This document shows positions 1 to 8,251 of a DNA stretch of 18,578 bases, piece after piece (position 1 is the stretch's first letter; every line of letters begins with the position of its first letter). The position numbers and the translations under genes were made by a program. Where the stretch lies: the NCBI GenBank assembly GCA_043754515.1, contig JAYUUO010000025.1, forward strand, positions 1 to 18,578. The letters are read 5' to 3'. The stretch comes from Armatimonadota bacterium. GTDB lineage: Bacteria > Armatimonadota > Armatimonadia > Armatimonadales > Armatimonadaceae. The notes below the pieces were generated by a model that worked only from the letters and a program-made list of their open reading frames with translations, was not told the DNA's origin and ran no database searches.

Positions 1-2177
1 CCTTGTTGCCTCCGCGCACGCATGATCACCTCCCCGAGCAAGCGGAACAGTTTCTTATCGCTCCCGCCGAGGGCGACAGCCCGCCGCAACGCCGCTTCCG
101 CCTTGACGTAATCGCCGCGCTTCAGGTACAAGTCCGCGAGTTTACGCGAGGTCCCGGCGTCCGGGGGGGATAAAGCCAGATACCGCTCCCACGCTGCTTC
201 GGCGTCCTCGTCCCTCCCCTGCTCTTCCATCATGCGCGCGAGCCGCATGTAACCTTCCGGGTCAGGTGAGTCGAGCGCGAGCACCTTCGCCAGCAGTAGC
301 TCCGCCCGCTCTGCCCCCGCTTCCTCATAGCGGAGACTAAGGCGCGCCAGTAGTAGCAGGCTGGGGGCATGCACGGCGTCCATCTCACCGATGATCTTTT
401 CCAGGATCGCCACGGCTTCGTCACGCTTGCCGCCTGCCAGCAGGGCGTCGGCCAGCGCGAAGTTCGCCCCGACATGCGCCGCCCCGTCAGGCAACGCGAC
501 CGCTCTGCCGAGTAGCCGCGCCGCGCCCGCCGTGTCGTCACGATCCGCGAGCAAAAGACCTACCTCGAGTTGCGTCGCGAAATTACCAGGCAACAGTTTT
601 GCCGCCTCGCGGCACAGCCCGACGCCCTTTTCCACCTCACCCCGGTGGATCATCTCCCGCCCCAGACGGAGGCGCGCGGCCCCATTCTTCGGGTCGTTCT
701 TGGCGACCCTTCCCCAGACGGCGGCGGCGACTTCGCCACCGAACTCGCCCCCAGAAGCATAGGCATCTGATAGCGCGGCGACAATCTCCTCGTCGTCGCC
801 CATGCCGCTCTGGTACATTTCTTCCCATAACCGAACCGCGCCCGCCCGCATTCCCGCATCGGTCGCCGCGCCTGCTCGGGCATACGCGAGCGCGAGCGAG
901 CGGCGGACAGCGGGGGTAGCTTTCCCAAGCCCGATAACACCCTCATAGGCAGAGATGGCGGCGCGGTCGGTATTCTCCGCCTGTGCCAGGGCGCGGGCAT
1001 AGAGAACGGTCATCAAGCGGTCATCCGGCGCGGAGTCCACGACCCGCTTGTAAAGAGTCAGAGCGTCATCGTCTGCGCGTCCTCTATGGCCCCAGGCGAG
1101 CGCGAGCGTGCGTTCCATCGCGCCCCAGTCCCACTTCCTCAGCACGGCGAGCCGCTCGAACCCCACCCCCAAAACCACCTTCTCCATGCGCCGCACGAGG
1201 TCGGGGTCCCCGGCAACAAGTTCATGCGAGCCGCTTCGGGCAAAACTATAAGCGAGTGCCAACTCGAGAAGGGTGTCATCTGGTTCGAGCGCGGCGGCGG
1301 CACGCAGTATGTCACGCGTGTCCTCGTCCACCCGGTCCACCGCGATCAACGCTTGTGCGAGCTTCACCGCCCACCGGTTCGCTTCCTCAACATCCCCCAG
1401 AGCCTCCGCGTGGCGCACGCACCGCGAGAACAGCGCGCAGGCAGCCGCGTCGAAGTCACGGCCCTCCTCGACATACCGGCGTGCGATACGAAGGTCATCG
1501 CGCGGATCGCCAGACCCACCGCGCAATAGGGCTTCCGTGTGGTCGTGTGGATCGTCGCTTATGCCGTACCATCCCACCTCTCCAGACGGCACCCGCGAGT
1601 GGACGCCGATCTCCCGGTCATGCCCCCCGAGGAGCGCGGCGTGTTCCGGAGGAATCGCATCGGAATCGTCAGCATGGAGGGCTAAAAGATCGCGGCGCAA
1701 CTCGTCGTAGGAAGGCAGTCCGAACTCGGCGCGTTGCGGCATGTTCTCCCACGACTCGAAATGCAACGCGGCGGAGTACACACCGCCCGCGAACTGCCCC
1801 ATGGCTCTCGCGTCAATCACCCCCGCGCGAAGCAGGGCTAGTACGAACAGTACGCAACGCGGGTCATCGGAGAAGGCGCAGACGGCTTCGATGTAGAACG
1901 GAATCCACGCGGCGACGTACCGGCGTGTCGCGCCGTCGGCATGTGTGATAGCGCGGCAGACGCGGGCGCGGGCTTCGGGGTCGAGGGCATCATTTCCTAA
2001 AACCTCGGCGTAAAAAGGGAGCAGAGCGTCATCGGCTGGCGGCTCGGCGGACTTGATAGCGGAGGCGAGACGCATCTTCGCCGCTATCCGCGCGAGAGGG
2101 TTCGTCGTGGGCGGCGGCGCGGGCGCAAGCCCCGGTGAACGGGGGGCAGACGCGGAAACGGAGGTAGACCCGATCAT
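1..2177 (-). CDS. Large tetratricopeptide-repeat (TPR) protein, 3' end beyond left edge (>=725 aa)
   Basis: Manual translation of the minus frame (codons at + positions divisible by 3) is open from ATG 2177 to the edge: MIGSTSVSASAPRSPGLAPAPPP...ALTLYKRVVDSAPDDRLMTVLYARALAQ...EGYMRLARMMEEQGRDEDAEAAWERYLALSPPDAGTSRKLADLYLKRGDYVKAEAALRRAVALG... The C-terminal half has TPR helix-pair patterns. It is missing from the ORF track because there is no stop in the window. The start is supported by TAGAAT 7 nt upstream. Confidence 0.88.
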   Translation of the reverse strand, partial: MIGSTSVSASAPRSPGLAPAPPPTTNPLARIAAKMRLASAIKSAEPPADDALLPFYAEVLGNDALDPEARARVCRAITHADGATRRYVAAWIPFYIEAVCAFSDDPRCVLFVLALLRAGVIDARAMGQFAGGVYSAALHFESWENMPQRAEFGLPSYDELRRDLLALHADDSDAIPPEHAALLGGHDREIGVHSRVPSGEVGWYGISDDPHDHTEALLRGGSGDPRDDLRIARRYVEEGRDFDAAACALFSRCVRHAEALGDVEEANRWAVKLAQALIAVDRVDEDTRDILRAAAALEPDDTLLELALAYSFARSGSHELVAGDPDLVRRMEKVVLGVGFERLAVLRKWDWGAMERTLALAWGHRGRADDDALTLYKRVVDSAPDDRLMTVLYARALAQAENTDRAAISAYEGVIGLGKATPAVRRSLALAYARAGAATDAGMRAGAVRLWEEMYQSGMGDDEEIVAALSDAYASGGEFGGEVAAAVWGRVAKNDPKNGAARLRLGREMIHRGEVEKGVGLCREAAKLLPGNFATQLEVGLLLADRDDTAGAARLLGRAVALPDGAAHVGANFALADALLAGGKRDEAVAILEKIIGEMDAVHAPSLLLLARLSLRYEEAGAERAELLLAKVLALDSPDPEGYMRLARMMEEQGRDEDAEAAWERYLALSPPDAGTSRKLADLYLKRGDYVKAEAALRRAVALGGSDKKLFRLLGEVIMRARRQQ

Positions 2178-2184
2178 GAGACAC

Positions 2185-2190
2185 ATTCTA
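2185..2190 (-). promoter_or_regulatory. Putative -10 box (TAGAAT) for a leaderless TPR-gene transcript
   Basis: Minus strand reads GGG-TAGAAT-GTGTCTC-ATG; no Shine-Dalgarno and no good -35. Confidence 0.5.
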
Positions 2191-2343
2191 CCCGATGTTT
2201 GTCTTACCAGGCAGGAAAATAGCCGAGCAGAAGAGAAACTACGGCGGAGACGAGTTGAGAGTAGCGATTTGCCTCGCAACTGTGTCCCGAGGGTGCGACG
2301 AGTCGTGTCCCCAAAAAGTCGTTTATTAAGGAGGATTAACGCG

Positions 2344-3213
2344 ATGAGTTATGCAGGTTACGGGCAGTCGCCCTACGTGCCGGAGCCGAAGGTGCGCTTC
2401 GACGCGATAGGCGAAGCGTGGGCAATGACCCGTGAAAAAATGGGGGTCTGGACGGTAGCGATATTGATGTATGTAGGCGTCATATTGGTGATGGACGCCG
2501 TCTTGTTCGGCATCTTCTTCGGTCTCGGCATGGCGCATATCCCCTCGCAATCGAATCCAAGAACATTGGACTTGCCCGCGCAACTGGTCTTTCAAGTCAT
2601 CGGACTGATCGTCGGCGCGTACTTCCAAGCTGGCCTTTTCCGTATGGCACTCAAGCAGGTGCGCGGGCAAGACATCCAGACGAGTGATCTGTTCAGCGCG
2701 GGCGATGTCGTCGGCCCCGCCATTGGGACGAACCTGGTAGTCGGCATCGCGACCTACATTGGCACCTTGCTGTGTCTCATTCCCGGTTTGATCGTCAGCG
2801 GACGCGGGATGCTGGCTATGCCACTCACGGTAGATCGGGGCGAGAGCGGCTTCGGCGCGCTACAGAAGAGTTGGGAGGCACTTAAGAACGATACGCTGAA
2901 CTCGGTGTTGTTCATAATCGTCGCCGGGATTGTCTCAGGCCTCGGTGTGCTGGCCTGTGGTGTGGGAGTCTTGTTTACCGCGCCTATCGCGCCGCTCGCG
3001 ATAGCCATCGTGTACCGTGACTTCTTCGACACGGAGATGGGGCTCCGCGGGCCAACGCTCGACATGCCGCTCCCCCCCACCGGATACGGCATTGGTACCG
3101 TGCCGGGGCAGTTCGGCACGACACCCGCCGCCGCGCCAGGCAACATGGGGGACGTACCCCTAGCGCAGAACCCGCCGAACGCACAAGGACAAATGGGGCA
3201 GATCAACCTGTAG
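2344..3213 (+). CDS. Integral membrane protein, DUF975-like, with Pro/Gly/Gln-rich tail (289 aa)
   Basis: Strong SD TAAGGAGG precedes ATG 2344. Several hydrophobic segments and family-like motifs AIGEAW, GLFRMALKQVRG, DLFS, LCLIPGL, ALQKSW, LACGVGVLFTAP...YR. Confidence 0.8.
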   Translation: MSYAGYGQSPYVPEPKVRFDAIGEAWAMTREKMGVWTVAILMYVGVILVMDAVLFGIFFGLGMAHIPSQSNPRTLDLPAQLVFQVIGLIVGAYFQAGLFRMALKQVRGQDIQTSDLFSAGDVVGPAIGTNLVVGIATYIGTLLCLIPGLIVSGRGMLAMPLTVDRGESGFGALQKSWEALKNDTLNSVLFIIVAGIVSGLGVLACGVGVLFTAPIAPLAIAIVYRDFFDTEMGLRGPTLDMPLPPTGYGIGTVPGQFGTTPAAAPGNMGDVPLAQNPPNAQGQMGQINL

Positions 3214-3226
3214 TTCGCCCACAGGT

Positions 3227-4123
3227 TCAGGCTACGGGGTTGGTTAGCGTGCCGACCCCATAGCCGAGAGTGACCGATATGATATCCCCGGAGCGCAACG
3301 TGAAGGCATTATCGGGGACGATGCCAGTCCCCGTGAACAGAAACGCGCCGCGCGGGAAGCGCGTCTCCCGCGTCAGGTATTCCGCCAGATCCCGCGATGT
3401 CCGACGCATAGTGCCAGTCGTCGTCTCCCCCGCGAACACGATACACCCGCCGCGCACGACGCGGATCGAGATGGGCAGGTTGCTCAAAACCGACTCGTCG
3501 CCCGCCGATAAGATCCGGATCACGGGCCCGATGGCGCACGCCCCGTCGTAGGTCTTCGCCTGCGGCAGGTAGAGCGGGTTCTCACCCTCGATGGAGCGCG
3601 AAGACATGTCGTTCCCCGCCGTGACGCCGACTATGTCGCCCCCCGCTGACAGCACGACCACCATCTCCGCCTCGGGAACATTCCACACGGAGTCGCGACG
3701 GATTCTGACCGGGGCACCGGGATCTACGACGCGCCAGCCGACCGACTTGAAGAACAGTTCGGGGCGATCCGCGTCATAGACACGGTCATAAAAGTCGCCG
3801 CCCCCGGCTTCCCGTGATTCGTCCATCCGCGCCGCCTTGGAGCGTTCGTATGTGACCCCCGCCGCCCAGACTTCTTGCTCGTCTACGGGGGCGAGAAGCG
3901 GAACGGTGGTGGGTAGATAGAACGTGGAACCCGCGCGACGTTCATCCGATCCGACCGCGACCACGGACGCCACCGCGCCCGCCGGGTCGTCGGCGGCGAG
4001 CCAGGTGCCGACCGTCGCGAAAATCTCCGGCTGAATCAGGGACGCGTCATGTCGCCCCCCGTTGTCATCAGTGACCCCTAGACGCGGCGAGCCGTCAGCC
4101 GCGCGGAAACGAAACAAGTTCAT
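3227..4123 (-). CDS. Fumarylacetoacetate hydrolase superfamily protein, 2-dehydro-3-deoxy-D-arabinonate/xylonate dehydratase (KdaD/XylX-like)
   Basis: Motifs QEVWAAGVTYERS, FYDRVYDADRPELFFK, WNVPEAE, GNDMSSRSIEGENPLYLPQAK, LFTGTGIVP. ATG 4123 preferred over the TTG at 4174 (GGAGGAGG and TATAGT upstream). Confidence 0.82.
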   Translation of the reverse strand: MNLFRFRAADGSPRLGVTDDNGGRHDASLIQPEIFATVGTWLAADDPAGAVASVVAVGSDERRAGSTFYLPTTVPLLAPVDEQEVWAAGVTYERSKAARMDESREAGGGDFYDRVYDADRPELFFKSVGWRVVDPGAPVRIRRDSVWNVPEAEMVVVLSAGGDIVGVTAGNDMSSRSIEGENPLYLPQAKTYDGACAIGPVIRILSAGDESVLSNLPISIRVVRGGCIVFAGETTTGTMRRTSRDLAEYLTRETRFPRGAFLFTGTGIVPDNAFTLRSGDIISVTLGYGVGTLTNPVA

Positions 4124-4179
4124 GGGAATACTATACCTCCTCCGCAAGCTGCTCGAGATCGGACGCGCGGGCAAGAACG

Positions 4180-6012
4180 CTACGCGAGGTCGAATAGAAC
4201 GTCGGTGAGCGCGTCCAACTTCTGGCGGACGTCAGCGTCGGTGCCGGAGATCAGTGCCATCTTCAAGTCATCCGCCGAGCCGCGTATGAACTTCGCGGAT
4301 TCGGGATTCTCCGTCGCCGCCCGCTCCGCCTGCTCAATGAGCGGGGCGCACTGCTCCGCGCCAGGCCGCTTCTTCCAGAGGGTGTTGAGCTGGCCGGGCG
4401 TCAAGGTCGCGGCGGTAGGCGGCGGGGCTTGCGCGGGAGCGACGCGCGGGTCGGGTGGCGCGGGCGAGCTTCCGCCAATGTTTCCACTGCCCGCCGACGG
4501 TGCCGCGCCATCTATCCGACTCGCGTTCAGGTCGAATGTCGCCTCCACCTTCAGCATCGGTGCTGACACGGACCGCGCGGCGACACTCAGGGTACCGTCG
4601 AGTGTATAGCCGAACTCGACCTGAATCTCCTCGGCGGTGTCTTCGGACTCGAGCCGTCTCATCTTCAGTTCGCTCACCAGTCGGTGGTCGCGGCACAGAT
4701 TGCTGTCGGTAGCGGCTTCGTAAACACGGATCAACACATCCGCCCCGCCGCCGAACGCCGCCCGGTAGGTTCGTTTAGAGAGCGTGGGGAGTTTCGCGTC
4801 CTTCGGGATTATTTCGGAGAAGTAGTCTTCCACAAACTGCCCCGCCCCGACTTGCTTGATCGTCGCGACGCCGAGCCGGTGCGGGGAGACATCCTGGACC
4901 ACCAGCGCGGCGTCACCCTCGAACTGCTTCTTTTCGAGACCAGCCGCTACCGCCGCGCCTTTGGCGACCGCCTCGTCGGGGTTCTCGTAGTCCCGTAACT
5001 CCTTGCCCCAAGCATACTCAATCGCGCGGCGGAAGAGGGGGATGCGGGACGAGCCGCCGACGGGTAGCACCACGTCAATATCGCCCCACTGGAGGCGGGC
5101 GCGAGACAGTGCCTCATTAACTAGCACCATGGATCGCATGAGGAGCGGCTCGCAAACCTCCTCGAACTTCTGCCGGGTGAAAAGAAAGGCCAGTCCGCCC
5201 TCCGTCGAGAGGTACGGGATGTCCACCGAGAGCGTTACCGAGGAGGATAAGCGTCGCTTTGCGGCTTCCGCCTCCTCTTTTAAAATCTGCATAATCTTGC
5301 GATCTTTAGAGGGGGCGGGCAGAGCCTTACCGTGCTGATCCTTGTACACGTCCCGGAACAGTTTCACGATCACCTCGTCCACGTCTTTGCCGCCGAGTTT
5401 GTCGTCGCCGACCGAGGTCTTCACGTCCAGCACGCCGTCGAACATCTCCAGGATCGTGACGTCGAGCGTGCCACCGCCGAAGTCGAAGACTAGCACCTTC
5501 TGATTGTTTTGCAGGCGATCCAGACCGTACGCGAGCGCGGCCGCCGTCGGCTCGTTGATCAAGCGCAGTACCCGCATACCAGCGAGTTCGGCGGCACGTT
5601 TTGTCGCTTCTCTGGCCGCGTTCTCGAAGCGCGCAGGAACCGTAATGACCACATCGTTCACCGTCCCACGCCCAAGCTTCGCCTCCGCCGCCACCTTCAA
5701 ATACCTCAGGATGGCGGCACCGATCTCCTCAGGCTGTTTATCCTGACCGGCGATCTTCACGGTCTCTCCCGTGCCCATCAGCCGCTTGACTTCCTGCGCG
5801 GTCCGGTCGTGGAACGCTACCGCGCCGTGTTTGGCGATCGAGCCTACCAGCGTCTCGCCCTCCAGAGAGACCTGCACGACGGAGGGGATAATCCGGTCGC
5901 CCTGCGCGTCCTGAATCAGTTCGGGACGGCCGCCGATCAGGACAGCTATCGAGGATGTCGAGGTGCCCAGGTCAATGCCGATCACGGCTTCTTCGATTTC
6001 ATTGGTGCTCAT
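4180..6012 (-). CDS. Hsp70-family chaperone, non-canonical DnaK/HscC-like paralogue (610 aa)
   Basis: ATPase motifs IGIDLGTS, VITVPARF, RLINEPTAAALAYG, FDFGGGTLDV, LGGKDVD, VGGSSRIP, NPDEAVAKGAA. Diverged substrate-binding domain, then a Pro/Ala linker and a short helical C-terminus. Confidence 0.92.
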   Translation of the reverse strand: MSTNEIEEAVIGIDLGTSTSSIAVLIGGRPELIQDAQGDRIIPSVVQVSLEGETLVGSIAKHGAVAFHDRTAQEVKRLMGTGETVKIAGQDKQPEEIGAAILRYLKVAAEAKLGRGTVNDVVITVPARFENAAREATKRAAELAGMRVLRLINEPTAAALAYGLDRLQNNQKVLVFDFGGGTLDVTILEMFDGVLDVKTSVGDDKLGGKDVDEVIVKLFRDVYKDQHGKALPAPSKDRKIMQILKEEAEAAKRRLSSSVTLSVDIPYLSTEGGLAFLFTRQKFEEVCEPLLMRSMVLVNEALSRARLQWGDIDVVLPVGGSSRIPLFRRAIEYAWGKELRDYENPDEAVAKGAAVAAGLEKKQFEGDAALVVQDVSPHRLGVATIKQVGAGQFVEDYFSEIIPKDAKLPTLSKRTYRAAFGGGADVLIRVYEAATDSNLCRDHRLVSELKMRRLESEDTAEEIQVEFGYTLDGTLSVAARSVSAPMLKVEATFDLNASRIDGAAPSAGSGNIGGSSPAPPDPRVAPAQAPPPTAATLTPGQLNTLWKKRPGAEQCAPLIEQAERAATENPESAKFIRGSADDLKMALISGTDADVRQKLDALTDVLFDLA

Positions 6013-6255
6013 AGATGGAAGGGAGTGCTACTGGCTTATTTTACACCATTTTCTCCGGGAAGGTATGTGGAAACATCCGAGGTAACCGTATCGCGGCGGG
6101 ATCAGCCGATTACCTCGTGGGCAACATCGTTTTTCGGGCGTGGGAGGAAAACAGCCCCCCGAAAACGGAATGTTATCACAGGTTATACCACGGCAACCAA
6201 AGCACGCCTTTTCGAAGACAAGGGGGCGTAACGGTGCTAATAGGAAAGCGAAACA

Positions 6256-8112
6256 ATGATAAAAGTGGCGATGATCGGCGCGGGGAGCGTCGTTTTCAGC
6301 AAGAACCTGACCGGGGACATCCTCTCGTTCCCCGAGTTCAAAGGCGCGACGTTCTCCTACATGGACATAGACGAGGACCGGCTCGCGGTCGGCGCGGCCC
6401 TGTGCCGCAAGGTCGGCACCGCGCTCGGCGCGACGCCGACGATCGAGGCGACCACCGACCGGCGCACGGCACTCGCGGGCGCGGACTTCGTGATCAACAT
6501 GGTACAGATCGGCGGCTTCGACTCTACCCTGGTGGACTTCGAGATCCCGCGCAAGTACGGCCTCAACTTCACCATCGCCGACACCACCGGCCCCGGCGGC
6601 CTGTTCCGCGCCCTGCGCACCTTCCCGATGCTCAGAGGTCTCGTCGCCGACATGACCGCCGTCTGCCCCAAGGCCGTGCTCCTCAACTACTCCAACCCCA
6701 TGAGCATGAACATGCAGACGATTACGCGCACGTCTGACATCCAGGCCGTCGGCCTATGTCATTCCGTCCAAGGCACGCTGAACGAACTAATGCGCTACAT
6801 CGGGGTGGACCCGGACCTAGTGACGTTCACGTGCGCGGGCATCAACCACATGGCGTTCTACCAGCGTCTCGAACTGGACGGCGAGGACCTGTACCCGCGC
6901 CTGTTCGCGATCGCCGACGAGAAGATCGCCGCCAAACAGAACGCGGTGCGCTTCGAGCTGATGAAGCGGCTCGGCTACTACGTCACGGAATCGTCCGAGC
7001 ATAATGCCGAGTACAGCGCGTTCTTCCTGCCGCGCGGGCCGGAGATGGTCGCGCGGTTCGGCGTGCCGATTGACGAGTACCTGCGCCGTTGCGACGGCAT
7101 CGTGGACGAGTTCGAGCGACTCAAAGCGTTCGCGAAGACGGACGAACCGATGACGTTCCACAAATCCCACGAGTACGGCTCGACGATCATAGATAGCATC
7201 GTTGTCGGCAAGCCGTCGGTGGTGTACGGCAACATGCCGAACAACGGGGCGGTGCCGAACCTGCCGAGCGACGCGATCGTGGAGGTGCCGACGCTTGTGG
7301 ACCGGTCGGGCTTGCGCCCGACGACGGTGGCTCCGCTCGCGCCGCAACTGATCGGGTACATGATGCCGCACGTGATCCAACACGAGCTGTTCATCCGGGC
7401 CGCGATGGAGGGGCGGCGCGATCACGTGTACCAGGCGTGCATGAGCGACCCGCTGACGGCGGCGACGCTGCCCTTAGACAAGATAGTGGAGATGTGCGAC
7501 GAGCTGATCGCGGCGCATGGGTACGAGAAGGACGGGGGGTTCCTGCCGGACTTGGATGCGAAGGCGACGCGGGTGCCGACGTCGGGCAGGTCGTTCTCGC
7601 CGCCGACCCCCAAAGAACTGCGCACCTCCTGGGACGCCGCGCAAAAAGTCGGCTCCGAGGATGCTCTCACCGAGTGGAAACTACTCGGGCCGTTCGCTGA
7701 CACGCAGGGCGGCGTGGTCGGCACAGGTTTCGTTCCCTCCGAGGTGGATGAGGACGTGCTCTGTGCGGGGACCCCGCCGGAGGGCGAGGAGTGGAAGCAC
7801 GTCTCAAGTGATAAGAAGGGGTTCATAAACCTCGGCACCACGCTGGGCGGCGCACTCGACTCGCTCGCCTATGGATACGCCGAAATCGAGTCCATACATG
7901 CCCGCGAGGCGGTACTCACTTACATCGGCGACGACGGCATCAAGATCTGGGTCAACGGGACGGTGGTTCAGAACGACGATACGGACAAAAAGCACGAAGG
8001 GGCGACGCCGGTTTTTCTACGGGAAGGCGTCAATCGGATACTGGTGAAGGTGACACGGATCGGAGACGGAGGTTGGGGGTTCATGGTGTCCGTACCGAAG
8101 CCGAACTTCTGA
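6256..8112 (+). CDS. melA: Glycoside hydrolase family 4 alpha-galactosidase/alpha-glucosidase with C-terminal beta-sandwich domain (618 aa)
   Basis: GH4 motifs IGAGS, ADFVINMVQIGG, IADTTGPGG, LNYSNP, GLCHS, AGINH, TESSEHNAEY. About 150 extra residues follow (WKLLGPF...GDDGIKIWVNG...LREGVNRILVKV...GWGF). AGGA SD-like element upstream. Confidence 0.88.
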   Translation: MIKVAMIGAGSVVFSKNLTGDILSFPEFKGATFSYMDIDEDRLAVGAALCRKVGTALGATPTIEATTDRRTALAGADFVINMVQIGGFDSTLVDFEIPRKYGLNFTIADTTGPGGLFRALRTFPMLRGLVADMTAVCPKAVLLNYSNPMSMNMQTITRTSDIQAVGLCHSVQGTLNELMRYIGVDPDLVTFTCAGINHMAFYQRLELDGEDLYPRLFAIADEKIAAKQNAVRFELMKRLGYYVTESSEHNAEYSAFFLPRGPEMVARFGVPIDEYLRRCDGIVDEFERLKAFAKTDEPMTFHKSHEYGSTIIDSIVVGKPSVVYGNMPNNGAVPNLPSDAIVEVPTLVDRSGLRPTTVAPLAPQLIGYMMPHVIQHELFIRAAMEGRRDHVYQACMSDPLTAATLPLDKIVEMCDELIAAHGYEKDGGFLPDLDAKATRVPTSGRSFSPPTPKELRTSWDAAQKVGSEDALTEWKLLGPFADTQGGVVGTGFVPSEVDEDVLCAGTPPEGEEWKHVSSDKKGFINLGTTLGGALDSLAYGYAEIESIHAREAVLTYIGDDGIKIWVNGTVVQNDDTDKKHEGATPVFLREGVNRILVKVTRIGDGGWGFMVSVPKPNF

Positions 8113-8156
8113 AGACGGCGTGTCCCCGCCCCTGACGCCACCACGAGGACATCCTC

Positions 8157-8192
8157 GCGCGTGTCCCGCCCCGCTGGGCGCGGGGCACGCGC
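8157..8192 (+). terminator. GC-rich hairpin downstream of melA (possible terminator without U-tract, or REP-like element)
   Basis: GCGCGTGTCCCGC (8157-8169) pairs with GCGGGGCACGCGC (8180-8192) with one G-U, with an inner CCC-GCT-GGG; no poly-U follows. Confidence 0.45.
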
Positions 8193-8207
8193 CCCCACCC
8201 TGCCCCC

Positions 8208-8236
8208 TTGACACGCGTCTTTCGCCGTGCTACTCT
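8208..8236 (+). promoter_or_regulatory. Sigma70-type promoter
   Basis: TTGACA (8208-8213), exact 17-nt spacer ending in TG-c, TACTCT (8231-8236); ATG lies 15 nt further on. Confidence 0.75.
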
Positions 8237-8251
8237 TGACTCGCCATCGCA

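Noticed and set aside
391..1948. Several + strand ORFs (391-762, 983-1948, 1086-1529, 1273-1710)
   Set aside because: Arg/Pro/Ser-rich antisense shadows of the minus-strand TPR gene.
2053..2343. N-terminal extension of the 386-aa + strand ORF
   Set aside because: Overlaps the TPR gene start on the opposite strand; the strong SD sits before ATG 2344.
4180..6012. Calling the Hsp70 dnaK
   Set aside because: Linker, substrate-binding loops and lid are non-canonical, and there is no grpE/dnaJ context.
5509..6737. 240-aa + strand ORFs 5509-6231 and 6015-6737
   Set aside because: One is antisense to Hsp70, the other is an alternative frame over melA; low-complexity Arg/His-rich translations with no motifs.
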